Of a DNA stretch of 64,000 nt, positions 39,590-49,956 are shown piece by piece; position 1 is the stretch's first letter; the number at the start of each line of letters is the position of its first letter. This stretch comes from Candidatus Latescibacterota bacterium (GTDB lineage: Bacteria; Latescibacterota; UBA2968; UBA8231), in contig OZ241867.1 of assembly GCA_965203175.1 (NCBI GenBank), forward strand, positions 4,192,001 through 4,256,000. The letters run 5' to 3'. The notes under the pieces were generated by a model. It had not been told where the DNA came from. It made no database searches and worked only from the letters and a program-made list of their open reading frames with translations. The position numbers and the translations under genes were made by a program.

Positions 39590-39877
39590 CTATTCCGGAG
39601 GGAACCAGTCTTGTATCTTGCTGCATATCGCCCGCGCTTGCGCGGCGCTTGATACCTCGAACTTGCTGCGCTGCAAAAAGGTGCCGTCGCGCTTCTGGTA
39701 GCGGCGAATAGATATTTTGCTCGGGCCGTACTCGCCGGTTTTGCGGTCGAGGTCTTGGTAGAGGTACATAATCGTCGCCCAAGCTCCCTTGCTGAGCACT
39801 TCCTTGGCCACTTCTTTGCGCAAGACTCTGCCGTCTTCCTCGTACTGGATGGTGAGTTCGTCAATCGTTTCGGCCAT
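39590..39877 (-). CDS. Small hypothetical protein
   Basis: Clean 95-aa ORF filling the gap between genes; plausible composition. Confidence 0.65.
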   Translation of the reverse strand: MAETIDELTIQYEEDGRVLRKEVAKEVLSKGAWATIMYLYQDLDRKTGEYGPSKISIRRYQKRDGTFLQRSKFEVSSAAQARAICSKIQDWFPPE

Positions 39878-39997
39878 TTTAAACTCTACGTTGTGGATTA
39901 AAGGGTGGCGTGCGTCTGCGGCGCGTTATCTAAATTATATATAATATATGGCGTGACGGACAAGAGCTATCGGGAGAGCTTAGCTCAAGAGTCTCTT

Positions 39998-42900
39998 ATG
40001 AAGCTGGATATTCAGGACAAATTTCTACAGCGCGACGGCCAGGTCTTTCTCACGGGCATGGAGGCGATTGTGCGCCTCGTGCGCGAAAAACAGGAGCGCG
40101 ACCGAGCCACTGGCCACGTCAACCAGACCTATTTCACCGGCTACGAGGGATCGCCGCTGGGCGGCCTAGACCTGAAGATCGTCGCCCAACTCGAAATGCT
40201 CAACGAGTTGGGGCACACGGTGCATCAGTTCGGCATCAACGAGAAAACCGCGGCCTCGGCCGTATTGGGCAGCCAGTTTGCGGCCAGTGGGGACATCGAT
40301 GCCTTTTGGTATGGCAAGGCGCACGGCACGATGTGGATTCCCGACGAGGTGTGGTTGGCCAACCTCAGCGGCACAGGGGCACGCGGAGCCATGGTCCTGC
40401 TGTCGGGAGAAGATCATCGCTCCAAGAGCTCGGTCTCGCCCGGGGCCAGCGATTGGGTGTTGCGCAGCAGCATGGTGCCGATTTTCTATCCGGCCAGCAT
40501 CGAGGATGTCATCCGCTTGGGGCTGCACGCGGTCGCTCTGTCGCGCCACGCCGGCGTAGTAACCGCGCTCAAGCTGGCAACGCCGGTGTGCGATGGCGCG
40601 AGCACGGTTGATTTGGCCTCTGTGCGGCCAGATATCGCCTTGCCCGAGCGCGCGTTTGCCAAGCGCTTCAACCAGATCGTTATGGCTACAGGCGCATTGC
40701 CCATGCAGCAGCAACTGGTGGAGGAAAAGTGGCCGCTGGTGGAAGCGTATGTCCGCGCCAACGACCTCAACCGCATAGTGGATGCGGACGCGGGCGGTGG
40801 GGTCGGCATCGTTGCTGCGGGCAAGAGCTACGCGGATGTGCGGCAAGCCCTCGACTACTTGGGGTTGCGCGTGCCGGTATTGTTCCTCGCGGTGAGCTAT
40901 CCGCTCGACTACGAGATTGTGCGCAACTTCGCCCGTGGACTGCGGCACATCTACGTGGTTGAGGAGCCAGGGCCCTTTGTCGAAGAGGGCGTCAAAGCCG
41001 CGCTGTGGGGAATGGATGTGGAGGCCGTGTACGGCCAGTGGGACGAGGACGGGCAGCCGCTGATTCCAGCGCACGGCGAGGTAGATCCCGAGGAATTGGC
41101 GCGCAAGCTCGGCCCGCGTTTGGGGGCGTCCCCCGAGCGCCTCGCCGAGTTGCAGCGCGTGCTCGACCGCACCTATCCGACCGTGCCCCGCGTCACGCCC
41201 ATGTCCTGCGGTGGCTGTCCGTACAACAGTTTCCGCGACTTGCACGAAAAGCCCGGGGGGGCCATTGGCTGCTCCTCCATCCGGGCGATTGAAGCCTACG
41301 ATTCCGGCGTCCTCTACATCCCCACGATGGGGGCCGGTGGGTCTATTTACAGTGGCTGGGCACCCTTTAATGGCAATCAGCACATCTACCAATACTTGGG
41401 CGACGGAAGCTATTTCCACAGCGGCCGCGGCGCGATTCAAAGCTGCGTCCAAGGCGAAGTGAACATTACCTTTCTGCTGCTTTTTAACGGGGCGGTCGCG
41501 CTTACTGGTGGTCAGACGCCTGGGGGGCAGCGGCCAGTGTCGGATGTTGTACAGGAGCTTTTGGGGCTGGGGGTAGTGAAGGTGGGGATCGTCAGCGAGG
41601 ACCCCGCGCGTTACCGCCACTTGGACGGAGAGCGGATCGCGGTTTTCGGCTTGGAGCGCCACGCCGAAGCCCTTGAGCAGTTTAAGGAAATTGCCGGGAC
41701 GACCGTGCTCATCCTCGACAAGGAGTGCGCCACCGAGAAGGGTCGCCGCCGTCGCCGCCAGGGTTTGACGCCCGACGAATACGTGCTCATCGACGAGGAT
41801 ATTTGCGAGGGCTGCGGAGACTGTTATGCCCAGTCCGAAGGCTGCGCCGCGCTCTACAGCGTGGCGACCGAGTTTGGCGACAAGACACAGGTGCGGCAGG
41901 CCCAATGCGCCCAAGACGGGCTGTGCATCGACGGCGAGTGCCCGTCCTTTGCCGTGGTAAAGCCAGCCAAGGGCACGCGCTTGCGCCGCCGCCGTCCAGA
42001 GCCTTTGGACGAACTGCCAGAGCCGCCGGAGTGCCCGCTGGACCGGCCGTACGCGATCTTCGCCATGGGGCGAGGCGGGACGGGCGTGGTGACGATTTCC
42101 CATCTCATTGCGTACGCGGCCATGATGGAGGGCAAATACGTGTATTTGTCCAACAATACCGGCTTGGCGCAAAAGGGCGGTCCGGTCGAAGCGCCGATTG
42201 TGATAAGCGCCGCTGAGCAGCCTGTGTTCAACCGCCTCTTCCCCGGGGAAGTCGATCTGTATCTGGGATTTGACCTGCTGCGGGCGGCCGAGCCAGACAA
42301 TCTCAAATACGCCGCGCCCCAGCACACCCGTGCCTTCGTCAGCACCGCTGAAATCGCCAATGCGGAGATGAATCGCAATCCGCGTACGCAGCCTTTTCCC
42401 GACGCGGCCCAACTGCGCGCCCTGATCGATCGCTGCACGGGCAAGGACAATATCTACCTCGATACCTACTGGTTGGCCGAACGGCTGTTCTCGGATACGA
42501 TCTTCGCCAATATGCTCCTGTTGGGGGCTGCGTATCAGGCCGGGGTGCTGCCCCTACAAGCGGCCTCCATTGAGCAGGCCATTGTCCTAAACGCGCAGGC
42601 CGTGGAAAACAATGTGCAGGCTTTTCGCTGGGGGCGCTTGGCTGTGGCCGATCCGGCGCGAGTGGAGCGGGCGTTGGGGACTCAGCAAGTGTCCGCGGAG
42701 CAAACGTTGGCCGAGGTGAAGGAGCGGCTGGCGCATGACGCGGCTGCTCGGGCACTGTTCGACGAGGGGTTGGCTGCGTTGGCGGATTTGAATGCGGAGG
42801 GACAGAAGGAGTTGGGGGTGCGGCTGGCCGAGTTGTGCGCGTATCAGGACGTCGCCTATGCTCGACGCTACTTGGGGTTTGTGCGCCAAGTGTGGGAAGC

Positions 42901-43423
42901 TGATCGGGGTTTGTCGCACGGCTTGCAGTTCACGCGGGCCGTAGTGCGGGGTCTGTACAAGCTGATGGCGTACAAGGACGAATACGAGGTCGCGCGGTTG
43001 GCGACGCGCAATGGCAGCGAAGAGCGGATGCGCGCCCTGTTCGACGGGGAGGTGAAAATCGTCCGGCAACTGCATCCGCCCACGATGCGGCGCTTGCTCA
43101 AGGGCAAGATCGGCTTCGGCAAGGGCATGCGTCCGGCGCTGGTGCTGCTGAGCCGGCTGAAGGGGTTGCGCGGAACCTCCTTCGACCTCTTCGGACACAC
43201 GGCGGCGCGGCGCTTGGAGCGCGCCTTGGTGGGTTGGTACTGCGGGTTGATCGAAGAGGTCTTGCCGGTGCTGGAGGAAGAAAATTATGAGCTAGCCGTG
43301 GAAATCGCCGAGTTGCCGGACAGCATCCGCGGGTACGAGCAGGTAAAAGAGGCGTCGGCTATCCAAGCCAAGCAGCGGGCGGAGCGCTTGTTGACAGAGT
43401 TGCACGCCCAGCGCGATTCTTAG
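39998..43423 (+). CDS. Fused indolepyruvate:ferredoxin oxidoreductase family protein
   Basis: GYEGSPLGG, CGGCP, TPP motif GDGSYFHSG, CEGCGDC, GLAQKGG, KLMAYKDEYEVARL; start ATG 39998. Confidence 0.9.
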   Translation: MKLDIQDKFLQRDGQVFLTGMEAIVRLVREKQERDRATGHVNQTYFTGYEGSPLGGLDLKIVAQLEMLNELGHTVHQFGINEKTAASAVLGSQFAASGDIDAFWYGKAHGTMWIPDEVWLANLSGTGARGAMVLLSGEDHRSKSSVSPGASDWVLRSSMVPIFYPASIEDVIRLGLHAVALSRHAGVVTALKLATPVCDGASTVDLASVRPDIALPERAFAKRFNQIVMATGALPMQQQLVEEKWPLVEAYVRANDLNRIVDADAGGGVGIVAAGKSYADVRQALDYLGLRVPVLFLAVSYPLDYEIVRNFARGLRHIYVVEEPGPFVEEGVKAALWGMDVEAVYGQWDEDGQPLIPAHGEVDPEELARKLGPRLGASPERLAELQRVLDRTYPTVPRVTPMSCGGCPYNSFRDLHEKPGGAIGCSSIRAIEAYDSGVLYIPTMGAGGSIYSGWAPFNGNQHIYQYLGDGSYFHSGRGAIQSCVQGEVNITFLLLFNGAVALTGGQTPGGQRPVSDVVQELLGLGVVKVGIVSEDPARYRHLDGERIAVFGLERHAEALEQFKEIAGTTVLILDKECATEKGRRRRRQGLTPDEYVLIDEDICEGCGDCYAQSEGCAALYSVATEFGDKTQVRQAQCAQDGLCIDGECPSFAVVKPAKGTRLRRRRPEPLDELPEPPECPLDRPYAIFAMGRGGTGVVTISHLIAYAAMMEGKYVYLSNNTGLAQKGGPVEAPIVISAAEQPVFNRLFPGEVDLYLGFDLLRAAEPDNLKYAAPQHTRAFVSTAEIANAEMNRNPRTQPFPDAAQLRALIDRCTGKDNIYLDTYWLAERLFSDTIFANMLLLGAAYQAGVLPLQAASIEQAIVLNAQAVENNVQAFRWGRLAVADPARVERALGTQQVSAEQTLAEVKERLAHDAAARALFDEGLAALADLNAEGQKELGVRLAELCAYQDVAYARRYLGFVRQVWEADRGLSHGLQFTRAVVRGLYKLMAYKDEYEVARLATRNGSEERMRALFDGEVKIVRQLHPPTMRRLLKGKIGFGKGMRPALVLLSRLKGLRGTSFDLFGHTAARRLERALVGWYCGLIEEVLPVLEEENYELAVEIAELPDSIRGYEQVKEASAIQAKQRAERLLTELHAQRDS

Positions 43424-43444
43424 AATTAGGAGAAGAGGTACTCT

Positions 43445-43738
43445 ATGCCTACGACCCTGAAACCGGAAATGGAGGCCCAAATCGAGGCATTGGCGGAACG
43501 GCTGGCTCTTACGGACCCCGATGCTCACGAACGGGTGCTGAAAATGGCTCTTGATGAATTGGACGCAAAAGTTCCTCCACTGAGGCGCAAGATGACGCCG
43601 GAGGAAATCGCCGAGGAGAAGGCGCATTGGCTGGAGGTCGGTCGCCAGTTACGTGCAAAATATCCTTACGATGACGACCATCCGCCGTCCAAAGTCTGGC
43701 AAGAGGAGCTATACAACGATCAGGGTCTGCCAAAATGA
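43445..43738 (+). CDS. Putative VapB-type antitoxin
   Basis: Small ORF ending LYNDQGLPK, overlapping the PIN gene. Confidence 0.7.
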   Translation: MPTTLKPEMEAQIEALAERLALTDPDAHERVLKMALDELDAKVPPLRRKMTPEEIAEEKAHWLEVGRQLRAKYPYDDDHPPSKVWQEELYNDQGLPK

Positions 43739-44124
43739 TGGTAGCCGACACTTCCGCGCTAATGGCCGTACTGATGAACGAACAGGAGCATCAGGAATTT
43801 CTCGATGCGATGCTAAACGATGGGGAGGTGCTGGTATCTACGGCCACTGCCGTTGAACTTATGATCGTCGCAATAGGGAAAGGCGATGCCTTCTACCAAT
43901 CCGCCGTTCAATTTCTAAGGCGGCCTTTTATCCGCCTGACGCCGCTGGACGAGATTCAACTATGGGCTGCCGTTAGAGCCTATCAGGGTTTCGGCAAACG
44001 CCGCCACCCGGCTAGTCTGAATTTCGGCGATACCTTTTCGTACGCTTTGGCTACGACGCACCAGCTACCTCTGCTGTTCAAAGGTGACGATTTCGTGCAG
44101 ACAGGTATTCGGTCGGCGGTGTAG
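43735..44124 (+). CDS. vapC: VapC PIN-domain toxin
   Basis: DTSALMA, HPASLNFGD.FSYALA, LLFKGDDF. Confidence 0.92.
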   Translation: MMVADTSALMAVLMNEQEHQEFLDAMLNDGEVLVSTATAVELMIVAIGKGDAFYQSAVQFLRRPFIRLTPLDEIQLWAAVRAYQGFGKRRHPASLNFGDTFSYALATTHQLPLLFKGDDFVQTGIRSAV

Positions 44125-44133
44125 CTTAGGTTT

Positions 44134-44970
44134 TTAGCAAGTGACCAAAACCGGTTGGCGCGTCCTCAGCGCCCGCCGCAGGCCGCTGAGCAAGGCTTGG
44201 CCGCTGTCGCCTGAGTCCTCGCTTGGCGGATTCTCTTTTTCCAAAAAATCGCGCAACCACGCCAGTTCAGCAGGGGGAGTTGCCGCGTCGGGTACGACGT
44301 GGGTTCCCTTGGCGCTAGCTAGGGCAATCCCGTTGTGTGCGGCACTGGCCGATATTACGCCGCCTCGGCCTAGCAAAGTCAGCTCGGCGATCACTGGTTG
44401 AGGAGCGACGACTAGCTGGATCGACGCGCTACTGGGAGCCGTGGCGGTCAGCGCTACTTGGTAGGCGCGGCCGTGGCGGTTGGCGCAAAGATGTACCTGG
44501 GATGGGGTCTCGCCTAATAGGTCACTGGCAAAGGATAGTTGGCGACAGATGGCCCACCACGCTGGCAGCAATCCCGGCTCTTGAGCACCGGCCACGAGGC
44601 GCAAATAGACCGGCTCGTCAAACGAAGAATTGCGCCGCTGCTGGAGCGCCTTGGCAAACAAGGGAGACCCGCGATGGACTCCGCCACTGGCGATGGGCTG
44701 GTCGGCCTTGGGCACTGGTCCGGCGCAGAGGACATCCACACCGGATTGGAGGCAGGTGTGGACGTCGTTGTGGAGGTCTGAATATGGCGAGAGGAAGGCG
44801 CAGACGCGGGGGCTGGTTGCCTGGAGCATGGTCGGCAAGTCGCTGAAAAAAGGCAGGTCGGTGTTAGGGTTCCGACGCGCTGGATAGTACAGGCCCTTGA
44901 TCGGCAGGGCATCGGCGAGCTGGCCGACGAGTGGGTTGAGGGCGGGATGGGCGCTGAGGGTGATCGTCAT
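44134..44970 (-). CDS. Hypothetical protein, possibly degenerate Gfo/Idh/MocA fold
   Basis: ATGA-coupled to the upstream gene; GVDVLCAGP resembles GKHVLxEKP. Confidence 0.55.
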   Translation of the reverse strand: MTITLSAHPALNPLVGQLADALPIKGLYYPARRNPNTDLPFFSDLPTMLQATSPRVCAFLSPYSDLHNDVHTCLQSGVDVLCAGPVPKADQPIASGGVHRGSPLFAKALQQRRNSSFDEPVYLRLVAGAQEPGLLPAWWAICRQLSFASDLLGETPSQVHLCANRHGRAYQVALTATAPSSASIQLVVAPQPVIAELTLLGRGGVISASAAHNGIALASAKGTHVVPDAATPPAELAWLRDFLEKENPPSEDSGDSGQALLSGLRRALRTRQPVLVTC

Positions 44971-46103
44971 AGGTTTTTCTCCAGCGGCAGATCAACGGCC
45001 GCGTTGCACTCGACGGCGCGGTAGCCAGCGAGGATAATTTCCATTAAATCCCGCGCTTGGCGCACGCCATAGCGGGGCGGTCGGTCGTCGTCAATAGCGG
45101 CAACCAAATCGTCGAGCCCGGCTGCCAGACCCGCTGTGTCCTCGGATAGGGCGGCAGTTGGGACGGGTGGTCCTCCGTGCCACTGCATGGGATCCTGGGG
45201 GTTGGGCTGATAGTCGTATCCGGTGCTATAGTCGCGCAGATAGGCGTCTAGCGCGGGTCTTTTGGCGTCGATGGTAGCGCTCTGGCGGGTGCCGATTAGG
45301 TACGCTCGCGACGGCCCGCCTTGAGGGTGGGAGGCCGTGCCGATGCGCCCGCCGCACAAGGTGGCTACGCGGCCTTCGGCGTCGGTCATGGTTAGCGTGC
45401 CAAAATCGTCGCAGCCGTGGGCACCGTGTTCGGGGAAGAAGAAAGCCCCTGCGTGACCGACGACGTGGCGGATGGGGCCGAGGCATTCTTGGATTAGGCC
45501 GACGGCGTATGCGCCCACTGTCAACAACTCTCTTTTGATATCGGGGTATTTCCACCGGCCGTTGGGTGCGACAAAGGCGCGGCGTTGGGTTATCGGGCGC
45601 GGCCAGCCCTTGCCGAACATCACATCGACGTGGACGCCGAGCAGAGTGCCCAAATCGCCGCTGGCGAGGACTTGGCGGGTGTGTTGGGCGAGGGTGCCGT
45701 AGGCGTAGCCGGGGATGATCGCCCGGACGCCGGTGCGCTCGACCGCGACTGCGGACGCCTCGGACTCGGCGAGGGTGGCCCCGGGAAACTTGTCGATCCA
45801 CAGGTGCTTGCCAGCTTCGGCGGCGCGGACGATGAGCGCGGATCGCCGTTCGATCTCGCAGCCGACGCTGACGATATCGATGGCTGGATCGTCGATGGAC
45901 TCGTCGAGGTCCTCTGAGTAGGGCACGCCGAGTTGGCCAGCCCAGTGCTGATTGTAGGCGCGCAAGTCCGGATCGATGTCGGGGTAGTCGGCGACGCCGA
46001 TGATGCGCAGGCGGGGATGGGCCTGATACAGGGGGATGAAGTGCTGCTGGTGGCTGTGTTTGCTGAAGCTGACCAGCAGAATGCCGTAGGTTTCATTGGG
46101 CAT
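44967..46103 (-). CDS. Gfo/Idh/MocA oxidoreductase, divergent
   Basis: DPAIDIVSV, AGKHLWIDK, typical C-terminal helix. Confidence 0.8.
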   Translation of the reverse strand: MPNETYGILLVSFSKHSHQQHFIPLYQAHPRLRIIGVADYPDIDPDLRAYNQHWAGQLGVPYSEDLDESIDDPAIDIVSVGCEIERRSALIVRAAEAGKHLWIDKFPGATLAESEASAVAVERTGVRAIIPGYAYGTLAQHTRQVLASGDLGTLLGVHVDVMFGKGWPRPITQRRAFVAPNGRWKYPDIKRELLTVGAYAVGLIQECLGPIRHVVGHAGAFFFPEHGAHGCDDFGTLTMTDAEGRVATLCGGRIGTASHPQGGPSRAYLIGTRQSATIDAKRPALDAYLRDYSTGYDYQPNPQDPMQWHGGPPVPTAALSEDTAGLAAGLDDLVAAIDDDRPPRYGVRQARDLMEIILAGYRAVECNAAVDLPLEKNL

Positions 46104-46277
46104 AGGATGGTTCCTCGTTGGCTATAGAGACGCACCGGTAGCTTATCCGGTACGCGAGATAGTATAACGGCCCTGAGAATGATCGCCAAGACGACGGGCG
46201 GTAAACGGGCCTGCGTAGCTTGACAGCAGCCGGGCGCTAGGACTATCCTAGCAGTTCCACACAAGGAGGAAATAATA

Positions 46278-47288
46278 ATGGTCAATATCGGCATTGTCGG
46301 CATCGGTTTTATGGGCATGACCCACTACAAGGCTATGGCCCAAGTCAACGGGGGCCAAGTTGCGGCTATCGTCTCCCGCGACCCCAAAAAGCGCGCGGGG
46401 GATTGGCGCGACATTCAGGGCAATTTCGGCGACAGCGGCGGGGAGCAGGACTTGTCGGGAATACGCTGCTATGAAACGTTGGACGAGTTGCTCGCCGATG
46501 GGGAGATCGACTTGGTGGATATATGCCTGCCGACGAACATGCACGTCGAGACTAGCATCCGCGCTTTATCTGCGGGCAAGCACGTGCTATTGGAAAAGCC
46601 CATTGCCTTGGCCTTGGACGACGCTGATCGGATCGTGGCGGCGGCCGAGGAACACCAGCGGCAGTTTATGGTTGCCCATGTGCTGCGGTATTTCCCCGAG
46701 TTCCGGCTGATCAAACAGCTCGTCGACGATGCGGAACACGGCCCCGTGCTCGCCGCTCACTTCAAGCGGATTATCTCGCGCCCGGCGTGGTGGGCACCAG
46801 AAGACTTAGAGCGCACTGGCGGCCCAGCAATCGACCTGCACATCCACGACGCGGACTTCGTGCAGTTTTTGTTTGGGATGCCCACTGAGGTTAGCGCGCA
46901 AGGATACATTGGCCGGGGCGAGACGGTCGAGTACATCAACGTCCACTACCAGTACGACGGCCCAATGGCCATCAGCGCCGAAGGTGGCTGGTTGGCGCAA
47001 CAGGGCTGTCCTTTTGAGCACGGTTATGACGTGTACTTTGAGGAGGCCACGCTCAAGTTCAACTCGTCTTGGGGCGAGCCGCCGCAACTGTTGACCAAGG
47101 ACGGCGAGGTCAGTACGCCATCACTGTCGGGTGAGGACGGCTTTGTCGGCGAGTTGCAGGAAGCAGTGGATGCGATCGCGCAGGGCAAGGCGTCGCAGGA
47201 GATAGGCGGTCAGAGCGCGCGGAACTCGCTGCTGTTGTGTTTGAAGGGAATTGAGTCGGTGCAGACGGGGGAGAAGGTGGCGATATAG
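46278..47288 (+). CDS. Gfo/Idh/MocA oxidoreductase
   Basis: GIGFMG, GKHVLLEKP, DLHIHD. Confidence 0.9.
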   Translation: MVNIGIVGIGFMGMTHYKAMAQVNGGQVAAIVSRDPKKRAGDWRDIQGNFGDSGGEQDLSGIRCYETLDELLADGEIDLVDICLPTNMHVETSIRALSAGKHVLLEKPIALALDDADRIVAAAEEHQRQFMVAHVLRYFPEFRLIKQLVDDAEHGPVLAAHFKRIISRPAWWAPEDLERTGGPAIDLHIHDADFVQFLFGMPTEVSAQGYIGRGETVEYINVHYQYDGPMAISAEGGWLAQQGCPFEHGYDVYFEEATLKFNSSWGEPPQLLTKDGEVSTPSLSGEDGFVGELQEAVDAIAQGKASQEIGGQSARNSLLLCLKGIESVQTGEKVAI

Positions 47289-48155
47289 CTAATGCCCTTC
47301 GTGCGTGTCTATCCCATGGAGGGCGCTGGATTCAACGTAATACAGTATGTAGGCGAGGCCGATCCCTACGAGGAGGGACACGATGAGCTTGCCGCGATCG
47401 TGGCTGTGGAAATGGATCTCCGGTAGCAAGTCGCTCAAGGCAATGCACAGGAACGCGCCCGCCGCAAAAGCCAGCACATAGCCAACTGTTGCCCCTCCTT
47501 CTAGGTCAAGCAATTCCACACCTTCAAAGCTCGCTATAGCCACCACAGGGCACAGGATGGCAAAGCCGACATTGGCCAATGTCCGGGCGCGCTGGCTGTG
47601 ACCGGCGGACTTCATCATGCCGATAATGGAGTACGCATCGAGCGGCTTGTGCAGTAGAATGGCGAGGAACACCCCCAGGCCCGCCAATGCAACTCCGTCT
47701 TCATGCGACGGCCCTATCTTCATGATGGTACCCAGCGCGATTCCTTCGGTCACGGTGTGCACCCCTAGGCCTATGGCAACGCCGAACAAACTCCGCGAAT
47801 GGACGACACTGTGGCCGTGATCATGGTCATCGTCATCGTACAGATCGCTCGCCTCACTGCTGAAATCGTGCTGATGAAAGTGAAAGATGCGCAACAAGAA
47901 AATCATCAGGACCATGCCGAGCACCATCCATCCCACGGCTCTTTCTACAATGCCTGTCCCGGAGATGCGCTCGAGACTGTGGGGTAGCAGGTGAAACATG
48001 GCGACGCCGAGGATGAAGCCGGCCACAAGACTCATCACGATCTGAGTGCGCGTGTGCGTCATAGTACCCAAAGCCGCCAGCTTCCCGCCGAGAAAAGAAG
48101 CGGCAAAGATAGCGGCTGAGTAGGCCAACAAAACCAGTAGAGCGGTTGCATCCAT
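47289..48155 (-). CDS. ZIP-family metal transporter
   Basis: HLLPH, His-rich loop HFHQH/HDHGH, HTVTEG, LHKPLD, DLLPE. Confidence 0.9.
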   Translation of the reverse strand: MDATALLVLLAYSAAIFAASFLGGKLAALGTMTHTRTQIVMSLVAGFILGVAMFHLLPHSLERISGTGIVERAVGWMVLGMVLMIFLLRIFHFHQHDFSSEASDLYDDDDHDHGHSVVHSRSLFGVAIGLGVHTVTEGIALGTIMKIGPSHEDGVALAGLGVFLAILLHKPLDAYSIIGMMKSAGHSQRARTLANVGFAILCPVVAIASFEGVELLDLEGGATVGYVLAFAAGAFLCIALSDLLPEIHFHSHDRGKLIVSLLVGIGLAYILYYVESSALHGIDTHEGH

Positions 48156-48281
48156 GATGACTATAATCGGAAGCTAGCTGGGTTGCCGGAGAGCGCTGTT
48201 TTCCGCAACGTCATTGCCTTTTCCTTAGCACTGTCGGGTTGTGCATTGGGAAGAGGATGCCCAGCAAGCAACGACTGCGAA

Positions 48282-49535
48282 TCAGGTGCTTTCACACCTA
48301 TCGCCCGTACTGGACCGGAAGCGAAGATTGAGCAGCATATCCTCGTAACCACGGCGCAGGGCACCGGCGCGAAAGCGCCAGACGATCAGGGCGATGAGGA
48401 GCAAAGCGCTGCCCCATTGCAGGAACTGAATGGCCGGCGCATGGGAGGCGCCGAGGTTGACGGAAATCGCCAGACCAGCCGCGAGAAGCAGCGCGTCGAT
48501 GGCAATGCCGAGGACGACCGTAACCGCAATAACAGCGGCGACGTAGATGGATGCGAAGCGGGAGCCAAACTGGCTGACGATGATCGCGATGGTCCCCGTG
48601 TTGGTGGCCGGTCCAGTCATCAGAAAAATCAGCGCCGCGCCGGGACTGACCCCCTTGGCAACTAGCGCGGCGGCGATTGGAGTACTGGCGGAGGCGCAGA
48701 TATAAAGAGGGATGCCGATCAGCACCATGACCGGATAGGACAGCCAGCGGGCATACTCGTGCGCCATCAGATCGCTCGGAATCGCCAGAAAGAGCACACC
48801 GCCCAGCACGACCCCCACCAACAGCGCAAAGAGAATGTCGTCGGCGATCTCAATGAAGCCATAGCGCAAGATGTGCCTGACCAGCTTTTTGAAGTCGAGA
48901 CCTTGATTGTCGGTGGGGACTTCTGCCGCAGAAGAATTACCGGTGGATTGTCGGCCAGCGATTCCCTTCAACCAATTGACTAGTAAAATCTTCAGTTGCG
49001 AGGGACTGACGTAGCAATCATCCCTACCAGCTATGAGGGATTGGTGATTATCGTGCTCACAGTCATGGCAGTGAGCCGGGCCGCTCGCCTCGGCTTCATC
49101 TCGGTCGTCTCTTATCAGTCCGATGCAAAAGATACCGGCGACGACTGCGGTGATGAAGCTGATGACGGGCCGAACAATGGCAACGATGGGTCCGAAAAAG
49201 GCGTTGGTTACTAGGATCGAGTCTGCGCCTGTCTCCGGCGCGGTGATCAAGAAAGACATGCAGGACGAACGGGACGCCCCCTTGTTACGCATCTCGGCAA
49301 CCACAGGGACGACCGAACAACTGCACAGCGGCACGGGTACGCCGATGGCCGAACTCATGGTCACGGATTTTAGACTATCGTCGCGGAGCCAGCGGAGAAT
49401 GGCCTGACGGGAGATGAATACATGGATCAGGCCGGAAAGAAACAGCCCTAGCAACAGCATGGGCGCTAGCAACAAGAAGGAGGACCAGAGGAAGGCAAAA
49501 AAACTGGCCGATATCCCAAAAAATTCAAAGGTCAT
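48282..49535 (-). CDS. SO_0444/DUF318-family permease, copy A
   Basis: PLCSCSVVP, TAPETGADS, YICASASTP, GPATN; start by homology to copy B. Confidence 0.88.
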   Translation of the reverse strand: MTFEFFGISASFFAFLWSSFLLLAPMLLLGLFLSGLIHVFISRQAILRWLRDDSLKSVTMSSAIGVPVPLCSCSVVPVVAEMRNKGASRSSCMSFLITAPETGADSILVTNAFFGPIVAIVRPVISFITAVVAGIFCIGLIRDDRDEAEASGPAHCHDCEHDNHQSLIAGRDDCYVSPSQLKILLVNWLKGIAGRQSTGNSSAAEVPTDNQGLDFKKLVRHILRYGFIEIADDILFALLVGVVLGGVLFLAIPSDLMAHEYARWLSYPVMVLIGIPLYICASASTPIAAALVAKGVSPGAALIFLMTGPATNTGTIAIIVSQFGSRFASIYVAAVIAVTVVLGIAIDALLLAAGLAISVNLGASHAPAIQFLQWGSALLLIALIVWRFRAGALRRGYEDMLLNLRFRSSTGDRCEST

Positions 49536-49604
49536 TGTGATAAGAAGTAGACATTGACTAGAAAGGGCAAGCCTCCGATCAGAGTAGCTTCTGGGGGTTT
49601 GAAG

Positions 49605-49633
49605 TTGCGTTTTTTCTGCCGGACTACTAAAAT
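49605..49633 (+). promoter_or_regulatory. Sigma70-like promoter, copy 1
   Basis: TTGCGT-17 bp-TAAAAT, hexamers identical in copy 2 despite spacer divergence. Confidence 0.7.
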
Positions 49634-49641
49634 CAGAGGTC

Positions 49642-49956
49642 ATGCTAACGCGCAAAGCGGACCTCTCGACGTGCTCGGCATCCTCGCTGGCCCTGCTGGT
49701 GCTGACCGTGCTCTTTGCGGCTGTAAGCTGCGGCCTACCCTTCAGCCACCAGCTTTTCCACGAGAGCCACGTCGAGCCTGGGAACTGCCCGGCTTACCTG
49801 TTACAGAGCGGTCTATCGCTCCTTTTTGGGGGCTTGGCGCTCGTGCTCATAGCGCTGAGTGTCTCTGAGCCAAGTCCGTCCGCTCCGCGCACAATACCGT
49901 TACCCCTTTTTACCCCTCGCTTTACTCATCTCAACCGAGGCCCGCCCCGGTGCTAG
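49642..49956 (+). CDS. DUF2946/CruR-like leader protein ending in RGPP, copy 1
   Basis: Hydrophobic segment, HQLFHESH, CPAY, Pro-rich linker, PRFTHLNRGPPRC*. Confidence 0.75.
   Translation: MLTRKADLSTCSASSLALLVLTVLFAAVSCGLPFSHQLFHESHVEPGNCPAYLLQSGLSLLFGGLALVLIALSVSEPSPSAPRTIPLPLFTPRFTHLNRGPPRC

Noticed and set aside
40166-42412. 748-aa minus-strand ORF
   Set aside because: Antisense shadow of the IOR gene in GC-rich DNA; no motifs.
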